Below, in pieces: positions 36,385 through 48,529 of a stretch of DNA of 59,418 nt. Source of the stretch: Chiloscyllium plagiosum (lineage: Eukaryota); assembly GCF_004010195.1 (NCBI RefSeq), contig NC_057750.1, positions 14,033,387-14,092,804 of the forward strand, in the 5' to 3' direction. The notes beneath the pieces were generated by a model. It was given only the letters and a program-made list of their open reading frames with translations, searched no databases and was not told where the DNA came from. The translations under genes and the position numbers were made by a program. Position 1 is the first letter of the stretch; every line of letters starts with the position of its first letter.

Positions 36385-36750
36385 TTTTCATTCTTCTGTG
36401 AAGTTGGGATGTTACAGATGAGGCAACCATTGTTGCTCATCCCTAATTGCCCCTGAACTCAGTGGCTCACCCAGCTGTTTCAGATGGCAGTGAAGAGTTA
36501 ACCACATTGCTGTGGGTCTGGAGTCACTTGTAGGCCAGACTGGTTAAAGATGGCAGATTTCCTTCCCTAAAGGATTTGTTAAATTAGTGAATGAGATGGG
36601 GATTTTTTTTCATTACAAACAGTGACTTAATTTAGTTTCCAATTCAAGAATTATTAATTCAATTTAAATTCTATCAGGTGCCGTGGTAAGATTGAACCTC
36701 TGTTCTTTGAACATTAAGTTGGGTCTCTGGATTATTAGCACAGTGACTTT
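36385..36750 (-). mobile_element. tRNA-derived SINE family 2
   Basis: CCACATTGCTGTGGGTCTGGAGTCAC...GGCAGATTTCCTTCCCTAAAGG. Confidence 0.8.
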
Positions 36751-36759
36751 TGGCTGCAT

Positions 36760-38370
36760 CTTATGTTGCTTTGGGTAAATCCACGTTGTGTCGGGTTTTT
36801 TGGAGGATTTTTTCACTGTGAGGCCTAGTAAGTTTTCTCACCGTATCTTACCAAAGTCACCTTGTTAATTATCTACCAGGCCTTATGATGTCTCTCACAT
36901 TCAATTCTGGCCCCATCCTACTACACACCATTTCTACAACAACTTGTCACTCAATGAATATCTAGCACCCTTTGCACCCACAACATCTTTGAATGCCCAT
37001 GGTGCGCTTCAGTGTTCTGCATGGTTGCTAACGTTTGTGCCAAACATGGTAGACAGCGGAGATTGGTACCCAGCTTCCCCCGATGGAGTGGTGCTGATCC
37101 AGGATATCCTCTTCCCTCAGGAAAGCTGGAGAGTTGAAGCAGTTTCAGTCATCTATGAATGTCCGTCACTGGAGGAAGAAGGCCTTCTCCACTCTGTCAG
37201 CATGAGTGACACCATCTTGTCTCTGACAGCTCAGGCATACTCCATCTGTGTTAATGTACCCACTTCCCATCAGGTCTCACTTGTATGCGACATCTTCCCT
37301 CAGTGACTATCACCCACCCCAATCCCAACAGCACTTGCCCTGCATGCCCCCTGCGCTGTCTAATCACTCACTTGGGACTATGTCCCTATGTTTTGTGCCA
37401 TGCACTTTCACCCCTCTAAACACCTGTTTCTCTCTCTTTCACACTCTCACTCCAGAAGGAAACAACCCATAATAGTGCAGAAAGACGCAGGACTAGCACT
37501 GACCTGCTCTTCACCCTTATGTGGAGAGGATCCTGACTTGGACTGCCCCAAATAACTGATTGACTGTGTCCAAGCTCGTGGACTAGTACTGGTACTTGCC
37601 CTTGACTTCCAGTGCCCAAACCACTGAGCAAAGGGCATCTCTCCTGACTTTACTGAGGCCTGCTGACAGCCATAAAAAGTTTCCTGGCTTTATGATGGAC
37701 TGCAAACAGCAGCAGGAAGAGCATGGTATCTCCTGCTGATGGGACAAGGTACAAAAGGTCAAGGCCAAGCAGGGAGGTTGTGAGCCTCCAGGTAGGCTCA
37801 GAGGGAATGGGCATTGTGAAAGCAAGTAAAGATCCCAGAGATGCAGCCTGTCCCAGTCCACAAACTGGGCATGTGTCCCAGAATGCAAAGTATCCTTGCT
37901 GAAGTGTTAGATTGATAGTTACTGGTGTACCCTGAGGTGCAGCACTGAAATGTAGAAGAGATGGATCAGAGATGTGCCATGAGGGTTCTTAGAAGCTGGT
38001 ACATGCCAGATAACAATGTCTGTGGATGTGCCCATAGAATGTGCCTTGAGATGTTTGTGCCTTCAGTCCAAAATGGAGGTCATTCGGAGAAAGCAGTGAG
38101 CTGACTACAACAGGTGCTTGCTCTGGTTTCCTTGTCAAGTTTTCCCACCATCGTGTTGCTTTGGCTAGTTTGCTAACACGGGTGGTTAGATATTAATGAG
38201 GCAAGTCAGACTGTTAACAAGGTGCTTAACAGCCCAGCAAGGAACTCGCCATATGCTTGTTAAAAGCGTAGAAGATGGCACAAGTTGCTCCTGATGTTGC
38301 AATGAGCTTCATGCCCAATTCTATCACACATTGCCCACCTTGCTCAAACTCCAATAAGATTCTGTCCATT
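36760..38370 (+). mobile_element. Probable decayed PIF/Harbinger-like element (Myb/SANT-like ORF relic)
   Basis: QDILFPQES resembles a Myb/SANT N-terminal motif; ends AGATTCTGTCC, similar to the reverse complement of GGGCGGAAT; subterminal similarity to 17462-17690. Confidence 0.35.
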
Positions 38371-38414
38371 GTCATTTCATCACCAGCTCTCAAAGATTAT
38401 ATCTCTTTCCCATT

Positions 38415-39455
38415 CAGACAGAAATCAGAGTTTGTGGAGTGTTTTAAGGAAAATAGCTTCGAGCAGCACTTTCTAGATCTAATCAGGGAGCAGGTTATCC
38501 TACACTTTGTGATGTGCAATGAGGAATAATTATTTCATGACCTCATACTAAAAACAAAACCTTTAAGTAGCAGTGATCATATCACTGCATTCAATTTGAG
38601 GGAGAGTAAAATGGGCCTAAGACCAGTGCTTTAAACAAAATAAGAGTGATTACAAAGTTTGATGAAGGTGAATTGGGAAATTAGGTTAAAGGATTAGTCA
38701 GTAGAGATGCAATGGTAGATACTTAAACAGATATTTTTATCACATTTAATAAAGATTCATTAGAGTGGGGAAAAAGATTCTAGGAGAAGGATGCACTTTA
38801 TTGGCTAAGAAAGAACGTTAAAGATAAACATGAAAGACAAAACAAATTCCTCTGCAAAATTTACTACAGGTCAGAAGACTGGACAGAATTTAAAAACCAG
38901 CAAAGAATGATTAAGAATATAAGGGAGCCGGAATTAGAAGACAAGGAAGCTAGCTAGAAATATTTTTAGTAGAGTAAGGATTTAGAAAGGGAAAGAGTAA
39001 CTGCTGCAGTTGAAGCCAGTGTCTATTTCTTTGAAAAGTGAAAGTGATCTTTCCAAAAAGGTCAAGACATATATACATCCAACTACTGATATTGTAAATT
39101 AATATTTTTGAATATTTTTGAAATTAATATGTAATTATTTTAAAGTAAATTAACCTTTAGAAGATAAGATATCTTCATAATCAATGACTTGGATGAAACA
39201 TTTGCTACATTTGGCTTACAACATAATGAGACATAACAAAGTTAATTCTGACGAGGACATAAAGAGTCGACAAAGGGATTTAGATAGGGTTAAGCAAGTG
39301 GACAAAAATATGGCAAATAAAGTATAATGTGGGAAATGTGAATTTATCCACAATGGTAGGAGGGATAAAACAGCAGTTTTTAAAAGAAGGGTGATTGCAA
39401 AGCTGGGTGTCCTGGCACATTAATCACAAAAGCTAAACATTCAAGTACAGTAAGT
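38415..39455 (+). mobile_element. Old CR1 LINE (endonuclease end and RT remnants, internally deleted)
   Basis: EFVECFKENSFEQHFLDLIREQVILHFVMCNEE; INDLDE; LSKWTKIWQIKYNVGN. Confidence 0.8.
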
Positions 39456-39457
39456 CC

Positions 39458-40112
39458 TAGAATCGTAGAGTCATTCAGGATGGAAACAGACCCTTCAGTC
39501 CATGCTGAAGGTAATCACAAACTAGGCAAAAGTGGGTACTGCAGATGCTGGAGATTAGAGTCAAGATTAGAGTGGTGCTGGAAAAGCACCAGGATGATGA
39601 ATGGCTTTTGCCTGAAATGTCGATTTTCTTGCTTCTCAGATACTGCCTGACCTGACCAGCACCACTCTAATCTTGACAATAATCACAAGCTAAACTAGTC
39701 CCATCTGTCTGCTCCCGGCCCATATCCCTCCTAACCTTTCCTATTCATGTGTCTTTTAAATATTGTAACCATGCCTGCATCCACCACTTCCTCATTGCAG
39801 ACACAAACCACCCTCTGTATAAAACAATTGCCCCTCATGTCTTTTTTAAATCCTTCTCCTCTCACCTTAAAAAATGTGCTCTCTGGTCTTGAAATCCCCC
39901 ATCCTAGGGAACAGGCATCTGTTTTTCATCTTATCTATACCCCTTATGATTTTATAAACTTCTATAAGGTCACCTCTCAACCTTCTACATTCCAGTGAAA
40001 AATGTCCCAGCCCTATCCAGTCTTCCTTTATAACTTAGACCTTCCATACCCGGCAACATCCTAGTAAATCTTTTCTGAACCCTCTCTAGCGTAATAATAT
40101 CCTTCTTATAAT
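39458..40112 (-). mobile_element. 5'-truncated CR1 LINE
   Basis: Reverse complement of the CR1 C-terminal region and tail; hosts a PLE insertion. Confidence 0.85.
39521..39679. mobile_element. PLE-tail micro-insertion with inversion and 9-bp TSD
   Basis: TAATCACAA at 39512-39520 and 39680-39688; 22-bp inverted repeat at 39560-39581 and 39656-39677. Confidence 0.8.
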
Positions 40113-40484
40113 AGCTGTTTTCATTGTTTTGCTATTTTTTTCTATTTATTTGTGGGGTGTGGGCGTCACTGGCTGGCCAGCATTTGTTGCCTGTCCCTAG
40201 CTGTTCTTGCAGATAAAATTGTTGTATTAAACACAGAATGAGAGAGAGTGAGTGAGTGTGACAAATAGAGGGTTCAGAGGTTTTGGAGTTTTGTTGTCAT
40301 TGAGTGAGTTTTAGAAGCAAACACAGAAAACAATTGTGCATTAGGTTTCAGTTAGAAGATTCTGGATCTTTTTAGCATAGGGGAAATACTGATTGCTTGA
40401 AAAAACATTTTTGGATTAGGGAATTTTTGCAGAGGTTTTGGCTAAAGCTGGATATACTAAGTCTGGGATGTGACTTGCTCAATA

Positions 40485-40848
40485 ATAGAATCATTGAATC
40501 CCTACAGTATAGAAGCAGGCCATTACAGTCCACACCGACCCTCCAAAAAGCATCCCTCCAAGTCCCCCCCCCCCCCCCCCACCGCCACTCTACCTGTGTA
40601 ACCCTGCATTTCCAATGGCTAACCCACCAGCCTGCACACCCCTGAACACTCTGGGCAATTTAGCATGGCCAATCCACCTGACCTGCACATCTTTGGACTG
40701 TGTGAGGAAGCCGGAGCACCTGGAGGAAAACCCACGCAGACACGGGGAGAATGTGCAAACTCCACACGGACAGTCACCCAAGTTTGGAATCAAACCTGGG
40801 TGCCTGTCGCTGTGATGCAGCATTGCTAACCACTGAGCCACTATGCCG
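40485..40848 (-). mobile_element. V-SINE
   Basis: V-domain and tRNA head (GTGGCTCAGTGGTTAGC) on the minus strand. Confidence 0.9.
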
Positions 40849-41011
40849 CTGTGAACATCAGCCTGGAACATAACATCAGTCCAATTTGGCATTCTTATTT
40901 ACCTCCACACTTCTAAAACACCATCAAAATCTATAAACCTCATTAAGAAACAGAAAGAGTTTTTTATAGGAATCTTTTGAAGGAACAAATCTGTGTTGTT
41001 TATATCTTCCA

Positions 41012-41849
41012 TTCGCACAATCCAAAAACGCACAACCCAGATGGCCTCCTTCTTCAAGGACCACAATTTTCCCCCCCCGACGTGGTCAACGATGCCCTCC
41101 ACCGCATCTCTTCCACTTCCCGCTCCTCCGCCCTTGAGCCCCGCCCCTCCAACCGCCACCAGGACAGAACCCCACTGGTCCTCACCTACCACCCCACCAA
41201 TCTCCATGTACAGCGCATCATCCGCCGTCATTTCCGCTACCTCCAAACGGACCCCACCACCAAGGATATACCTCCCTCCCCTCCCCATCAGCATTCCGTA
41301 AAGACCACTCCCTCCGTGACTCCCTCGTCACATCCACACCCCCCACCAACCCAACCTCCACTCCCGGCACCCTCCCCTGCAACCGCAGGAGGTGCAAGAC
41401 TTGCGCCCACACCTCCCCCCTCACCACCCTCCAAGGCCCCAAAGGAAACTTCCAGATCCGCCACAGATTCACCTGNNNNNNNNNNNNNNNNCTAGGAACT
41501 CTCCAACCACAAGGGATGAACTCGGGTTTCACCAGTTTCCTCATTTCCCCTCCCCCCACCTTGTCTCAGTCAAATCCATCGAATTCAGCACCGCCTTCCT
41601 AACCTGCAATCTTCTTCCCGACCTCTCCGCCCCCACCCCCGTCTGACCTATCACCCTCACCTTGACCTCTTTCCACCTATCACATTTCCGACGCCCCTCC
41701 CCCAAGTCCCTCCTCCCTACCTTTTATCTTAGCCTGCTGGACAAACTTTCCTCATTCCTGAAGAAGGGCTTATGCCCGAAACGTCGATTCTCCTGTTCCC
41801 TGGATGCTGCCTGACCTGCTGCGCTTTTCCAGCAACACATTTTCAGCTC
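41012..41849 (+). mobile_element. 5'-truncated Penelope-like element (Neptune-type) with 11-bp TSD; N gap over the GIY-YIG core
   Basis: QMASFFKD, DRTPLVLTYHPTN, CNRRRCKTC Zn-finger-like linker, LGTLQPQGMN; TSD TATATCTTCCA at 41001-41011 and 41850-41860. Confidence 0.9.
41753..41790 (+). ncRNA. Minimal hammerhead ribozyme motif in the PLE tail
   Basis: CUGAAGA-A-GGGC-UUAU-GCCC-GAAA-CG-UC; palindromic ACGU at helix III; helix I is weak. Confidence 0.72.
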
Positions 41850-42729
41850 TATATCTTCCAATCATCAAGCAATGTCGAAGGAGATTCATCAGTATAAGTA
41901 CAAACGTCTGACACCAAGCTAATTCAATCCACACATAAAATTTCACAATATTTCAGTGCTTTATTTGAACTGTGTCGAGCAACAACTCAGGTTGGACTCA
42001 CTTGTTTCAAAATAAGAGTTTTCCCATTTAAGACAGAGATAAGAAAACATGAGAGGGGCAGATGTTTAGGGAAGACAGGGAGACGAGAGAGAGAGAGACA
42101 GAGACAGAGAAAGAGTCATATGGGGTTGGGTTAAAGGGTGTGTCTCCCACAAAAAGTGGTGGAAGCAATGTCCTTGGATATTTTTAAGGCAGAGGGAGAC
42201 AGATTCTTGATGACTAAGGGAGTTGAAAGGTTAATGTGGACAGTAGAGAATGAGGAGTAATCAGATCAACCATATTCGTCACCCCAGTCATTCATTCTTT
42301 GATGATTTATTTCTCGTGCTCTGCCCAGTCTCTTCCCTTCTCTACTTCTCTTCATCCTTTGAAGAGAAAAATAAGAGTAAATGAAGTCAATACTGTGGAG
42401 ATGGTGTAATTGGACCTTTGAACAGAATTGAAGCAGTTCAGATTTATTTACTGGATTTCATAATCCCAAAGCACTCATTTAGATCCAGTTAGCATATGTG
42501 GCTGCCTGTTGAACTCTTAAGTAAACCCTACACATGGGAGGGGGAACAGAATAGGTGGGTGGACCTCAAGACTGTTACCAAATCAAGAAGAACATGACCA
42601 TTGTCTTTATTTAAAATGAAGTTTTAGCATTAGTAAGCAGCTGCTCCCTCAGCAACATCAATGCTGAGGAAATCTGAGACGGCAATGGCAACCTGCACAG
42701 TTGGTTTAACGGCTCATCTGAAAGATGGC

Positions 42730-43160
42730 ACCGAGTCATTCAACCCAACACATCCATGCCAACCAAGTTTTCCAAAGTAAACTGTTCACATTTGCCTGAG
42801 TTTGGCCCATATCCCTCTACACCTTTCCTATTCATATACCTGTCCAGAAGCCTTTTCAATGTTGTAACTGTACCTGCCTCTACCACTTCCTCTGGAAATT
42901 CATTCTATACATGCACCATCCTCTGTGTGAAAAAGTTGCCCCTCAGGTCCCCTTTCCCCTCGCACCTTAAACCATGCTCTCTAGATTTAGATCCTCCTAC
43001 CCTTGGTTAAAGATCTTGCCTATTCACCCTATCTATACACCTCATAATTTTATAAACTTTTTAAAAGTTACCCCTCAGTCTCCGTGGCTCCAGGGAAAAT
43101 AACCCCAACCTATCCAATCTCTCCTGATAGCTCAAACCCTCCAATCTCGACAAAATCCTT
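42730..43160 (-). mobile_element. 5'-truncated CR1 LINE
   Basis: Reverse complement of the C-terminal region (GNFFTQRMVHV...EEVVEAG; SYQERLDRLGLFSLE). Confidence 0.87.
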
Positions 43161-43450
43161 TTGTATAAAGTCACACCAGCTGGAATGAAAAATGCACCAG
43201 TGACCTTGCATAGATTAACTGATAAAGTAATTGAGGAACTGTACGACCATGTGATTTACATCGATGAGTTTGTCCTGGAAAGGACATTTATACCAATAGA
43301 TGAAACTGTTCAGTTATATAGATCCAAATGGGTTATAAACCTACTAGAAATGAATTTTCTGAAGTAAAAGTAACTTATTGGCACACTGTGGGACAAGGTC
43401 AAGTCATTCCCACAGCAGTAAAAGGAAGTGCTGTTTAACCTATAACAGTT
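43161..43450 (+). mobile_element. Orphan Gypsy reverse transcriptase fragment
   Basis: YKVTPAGMKNAPVTLHRLTDKVIEELYDHVIYIDE matches the Gypsy MPFGxKNAP...YxDD block; HTVGQGQV follows. Confidence 0.8.
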
Positions 43451-44664
43451 TAGCATTTCCTCAGCACCATCTTTATTATTTGCTGGCATCTTTAAATTTA
43501 AAAGAAAAGATGGGCACACACCAAACAATAAATAGAGATGGGGGCTGTTTTTATTTAGGGCCCCGTTTGTTGATGGATTATGATTGAATCTCCGGAGTGG
43601 GGTTTGAGTCCACCCACTGTCTTGATTTGAATGTTGAAAGGGACCCCTGGCTGTGGTTTGGCCATCCTACAAGATTGCATCAGGCCTCTGATGATGACAC
43701 CCTTACACGGTTGAGAGGTTAATTGGATGTTGGGGTCCAGATGTCTCGGCCGAAATACTGCGCTTGACGAACTTTGCTCCTCAAGAGTGCCACTCAATGA
43801 GACGTTGGTGATGGGTAAAGATAGCCAGCAGCCAAAATTGAAATGCAAAGACTTTCTAACAACAACACAGCCTGTGAGAGTTCACAGCAGAATGTCCCAA
43901 GGCTATGTTTGGGAGCTGTGTTACTGCTGGCTCTGCTGCATGAGATTCTAAAATTGTTATATTTTCCAAGGTAGTGGCAGCCTCATTCATACTTATTTTG
44001 GACAGATTATAAAAGCAATTTTCTTTAGGAATAGACCTTGTGAGTTCTAAATCCCTTTGGACTATGGTAAGCTTCCAGTCAGCTGGATCCTCCTCTTATG
44101 GGTCCTTGCCTTTTTACGGTAGGTTACACAATACTAACCTTTGAAGCTTAATATCTAAGATTTCCAAACTGCATGCAGTGTATGTTACTGATATTTGAGA
44201 GAGTGGGGAGGGCCATGTAATGTATTTGGTTGGTGCTTCAAGGTCAGTCTGGGATGGCCAGGCTTGAAATGGGGATCAGGAAAAAATATGCATATCAGGA
44301 TATTAGGTCAGGAGTCCATTGCATTCCCACCGTTGGGTGCAGATGTGGAGCCTCACAGAAAATAGCGTCCCACCCATCTGAGGAAAACGTACAGCTTGCC
44401 AGAAGGAAGCTTGACAGAAATAGGCAGGGAACAAGTCCATGAGGCCCTTTACACTGTAACCCCCCCCCCCCCCCCCACCTCCCACCCCTACATCAGCTCT
44501 GCCCATGCTGTAGAGGGGTTTCCTCTCCAAAATGAGAGCCTGGAAGGCCAACATTTCTTTCTCAAATTCTAAACCTCTTCAGAGGGCCCACCTTTCATGA
44601 TGGAGATCATAAATTCTAACAAACACAGAAGGAAGTTTCTGCTTTCAAGCTGACGTGGAGAGTC

Positions 44665-44935
44665 AGAGAAAACCTACAGAGCAGAAGCAGGCCATTTGAC
44701 CCTCTGAAGAGCATCCCAATCCTGACCCTATAGCCTTACATTTCTCATGACTAATCCACCTAACCTGCACATTATGGGCACCTTCTCAGGGCCATTCCAT
44801 CTTTGGGCTGTGGGAAGTAAACCATACAAATATGGGGAGAACTCCACACAGACAGTCACCCAAGGGTGGAATCAAACTTTGGTCCCTGGTGCTGTGAGCC
44901 AGCTGTGCTAACAACTGAGCCACCCTGCCACCCCA
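44665..44935 (-). mobile_element. Old V-SINE
   Basis: CTCCACACAGACAGTCACCCAAGG...GCTAACAACTGAGCCACC. Confidence 0.8.
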
Positions 44936-45643
44936 GCAACAGCAGCATAAAAAGCTAAACAGTCATGCAGCCTGCAACAGTCTAAATCCTGGCCAAATTC
45001 CACAGGGAGAATCTACAGTAAAGGGGGAAAGACCTGGCAAGAAAAGTGCAGAAGCAAGTATGAACTGGAGGTTACCTGGAACGGGCATGCTCGCCACACA
45101 TTTACAGATGCAGTTACAGATTAAATCTGGTGCCCAGGGCATGTAGGACCAGTCCCAATTACATGTTGAACCATAGGGTAAATAGACATTGGACAAGGTG
45201 GACATGGGGATGTTTTTGAAAAAAGTGAATGAGCCGGTTGCAGGCTCAAAGGGCTAGAAGTAAAAAAATGCGAGACTTAAAGCTCTGAGCATGCATCATC
45301 ACCAGAATAGGCAGACATTAATAGGTAATTAGGAATATCAAAGGGTCATAGAAGTAATTTAAACTGAGGTCACAGCATCAGCAACAATGCACATCCAGAA
45401 TTAAAGTGATAAGAACAATTTAAACTGACATAGTCTAACAGAAAAAGGAAGTAAGGAGAATACTGAGGCAGGCAATTCATTTTAAAAAGCCACGGTTAAT
45501 TCAGGAAGAATTTATTCAGGCCACAGAAAACAGGATTCATTCAGGGAAGCTATGAAAGTGAACAGAAACCTTTATTAAAACTGTAAGACAATGTAATTTA
45601 TTAGAAGCAAGACACGTCTATGGAAAACCTTTAGGCAAATGGG

Positions 45644-46190
45644 ATTGAATTGAGTTGAATTGATTGTCACATGTACCGAGGCACAGTGAAAAGCTTTGTC
45701 TTGAGAGCAATACAGGCAGATCACAGAGTTAAGTAGCGTAGGTAAGTAAATAATAGGTAAACAGTGGCAAAAGCAAAAACACAGGTACAGGAGAATGTCA
45801 AGAGTTTGTGAGTCCATTCCATTCTAACAACAGTAGGGTGGAAACTGTTTGGAAACTGGCCGGTGCGTGTGTTCAGGCTTCTGTATCTTCTCCCCAGTGG
45901 TAGAGGTTGTAGAAGAACATTGCCAGGGTGGGATGGATCTTTGAGAATGTGGTGGCCTTTCCTTGATAGCAGGCCTGGCAGATGGATTCTATAGATGGAA
46001 GGTTGGCCTTTGTGATTGTCCGGGCTGAGTCCACCACTCTCTGTAACCGTCTCCGATCTTGAATGGTACAGTTGCCATACCAGGTAATGACACATCCAGA
46101 TAGAATAATCTTGATAGCGCACCTATAAAAGTTGGCAAGGGCATTCGCCGTCATGCCAAATCTCCTCAGGTGCCTGAGGAAGAAGACATT
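45644..46190 (-). mobile_element. Rex1/Babar LINE 3' fragment
   Basis: FFLRHLRRFGMTANALANFYRCAIKIILSGCVITWYGNCTIQDRRRLQRVV; tail GCTTTTCACTGTGCCTCGGTACATGTGACAAT(TCAA)n. Confidence 0.9.
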
Positions 46191-46344
46191 CATGAAGGAT
46201 TCATGTTTAAGGTCATATGTAGCATTTGAGAAAGTCATAGAAAAAGATTAGAGTCATTTATTGTGTCAGGAAAGGCAGGAATTCTCTATGTTAACCACAT
46301 AAGGTAAGAAACTTACATTTTGGCTTCAGAAGGTGGATTGGTGG

Positions 46345-46482
46345 TAACTAGGAGAAAGTGAGGACTGCAGATGTTGGAGATCAGAGTCAAGATTGTAGTG
46401 CTGGAAAAGCACAGCAAGTCAGGCAGCTCCGAGGAGCAGGAGAATTGATGTTTCAGGCATAAGTCTTTCATCAGGAATCTCT
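46345..46482 (-). mobile_element. PLE-tail micro-insertion with a degenerate HHR and 9-bp TSD
   Basis: GATTGGTGG at 46336-46344 and 46483-46491; minus strand ATTC-CTGATGA-AAGACTTATGCCT-GAAA...CTTTCTCCTAG. Confidence 0.8.
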
Positions 46483-47997
46483 GATTGGTGGAAAGTCCGG
46501 ACTCCATTCCTACCCCATTTGTTAATTTTAAAATGCAACCATTAAAGTGATATTAATGACAGGCCCGCGAATGATGTGAGGGTTTTAGTTAATCACTGTT
46601 GAAATGGTGGACTCTATCCAGATGATAGCTGACAATACCGAGAGCACTCTGCAGCTTCCTGGGAAATAAACGGGAACCATTTAAGCATCAGATACAAACA
46701 GTGTAAGGTCGGGTCCACATGAGCTGCAGACTCACTTAGCATATTCAATATTGGACCTCAGGTTTCATTTAAATAAGATTTTATGTTGAGGATATGCAGT
46801 ATACGTCCCAAGGTGACCAACTACAAAGCACATTTAAATATCATATTGCTACAATAGGGGCAGCAACCCTCTGGCGCATATGGGGAGGATGGGAGAGGTG
46901 AGTGGAAGAGAGAAGTTAGGTGACATATGTTGTCCACCATCTTGAAAACAGCAGGATCACCACTAAAGTCAGATTAGTTTCAGGAACTAGTATTGAAATG
47001 TGAGTTTGGTTGTCTATCAACACAAAGAAAGGGCGTTACAGACTGTTTCTGGCATTGCCCCTGAATGGCTACATTTTGGCCTTTACTCTGGGCCATGTAA
47101 GTCTGGAACTCGAATTCCTGACTAATATTCCGTGTTTAAACGACTGTTTTCCATCTGTGAAATGTACACGGTGCCAACAAATGTTTACGTCATTAGCTTT
47201 CCAAGAGGGAATGCCTAGGCACTGGCAATATGTGTAAACAGAAGGTCAAAGCAACATATTGATGTCACCACGGCAACGTCAAAAGCAGCCAATGTAGCAG
47301 CTGCAGGCAATTCTTTATGTATTATCAGAGACATCTCACAAGAAATGTCAGTTCCATCGTCTGGAGTAGGGCACCTTCCTTTGGTTTCACATATGGAGGC
47401 TTCAACTTATTTCATTTCACTTTGAAGTTGTTTTTTTTTTCCACTCAGTATCCTGGTCTATGTTCAGACAGATTTATCACTCTCTTGAGCAAAGAGCATT
47501 GGACACTTCAAAACGGATTTGGAGAGTTATGCTGAGGAAATAAAACTGTCAGAGAACATCATTCGCGGGTTGGACGTGCTGCAATTTCTCCTGTGTGATT
47601 GGGAACTGCACAAAGCTGGGGATCGAAAGTCACATCCCAGAAATTATCAGGAGAGCCATGTTTCTTGTGTTAAAATGAACCCAAAACGTGTACATTTCCA
47701 GGGATAACACGTATAAGTCAGAATGATCAAACACATGTTGCTACAATGATGATTCTTTGACATTATTTGGATGAATGCCTGGCTGATTGGTTTTCACTGG
47801 AGAAAATTGAGCAAGAAATGGCAGTCTGGATCTCAAGGGTACCCCCTCTCCAATCTTCTGCAATAATGCCCTGCTTAGTGCTCCCAAATAGAAGGTAGGG
47901 TCTTAGTTTAACATCTCATCCTAAAGACAGTCCCAATAAAGTAGCAGACTTTCAGTCTTACATTGGAGTTCATAGATTATGTGTTTGCACACTGGAG

Positions 47998-48224
47998 TGA
48001 AATAACTGCAAAGAGGTTGGTACCCTGTCACCAAGTCACCCTTTATTTACATGTGCAGAGCACATGGGCTCTCTCCAGCCAGCTCACAGCCAGTCCCCAG
48101 AGTGAGGAGACTTTCTCCTCTTTATATCTGTCAGACAGGATTCCCCGATTGGCCCAGGTTAACAGCTCCAATCTAGGATGTCATAATCAATGAGATCTAC
48201 CTGGCCCTGGTTCCAATTACTACA
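47998..48224 (-). mobile_element. Short solo LTR, Gypsy-like
   Basis: Minus strand TGTAGTAA...TATAAAG...AATAAAGGGTGACTTGG...TTTCA; same family as 35064-35278. Confidence 0.72.
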
Positions 48225-48529
48225 GCTGCTGTCCATCTTTGGAGAAATGCATTTGTATGTAGTGTACGAGGTGGTTTGATGTTGACATGGCACCTTTCCC
48301 TCTGCTTTAAGTGCTCTCACTCTAGTTTGTGGCAAAATTTAAAACACAATGCTTGAAACACGATGTCAGAAGTAGTGAGCCACAATTGTGTGGGTTTCAG
48401 AGCTGTAAAAGCTGTAAAGGTTTGCAAGTGTAGGGTAAGTCTTTGAATTTACCACAGCACCCTGCTGCTGTAGACATGAAAAGAAATGAGATAGAATTTG
48501 TTCTGATCTCAGTGGCAAAGCTATAAAAT

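Noticed and set aside
43688..43720. Hammerhead at CTGATGATGACACC
   Set aside because: No GAAA or cleavage triplet after the putative helix II
46736..46823. Minus-strand coding exon bounded by AG and GTGAGT
   Set aside because: Stops in all three frames
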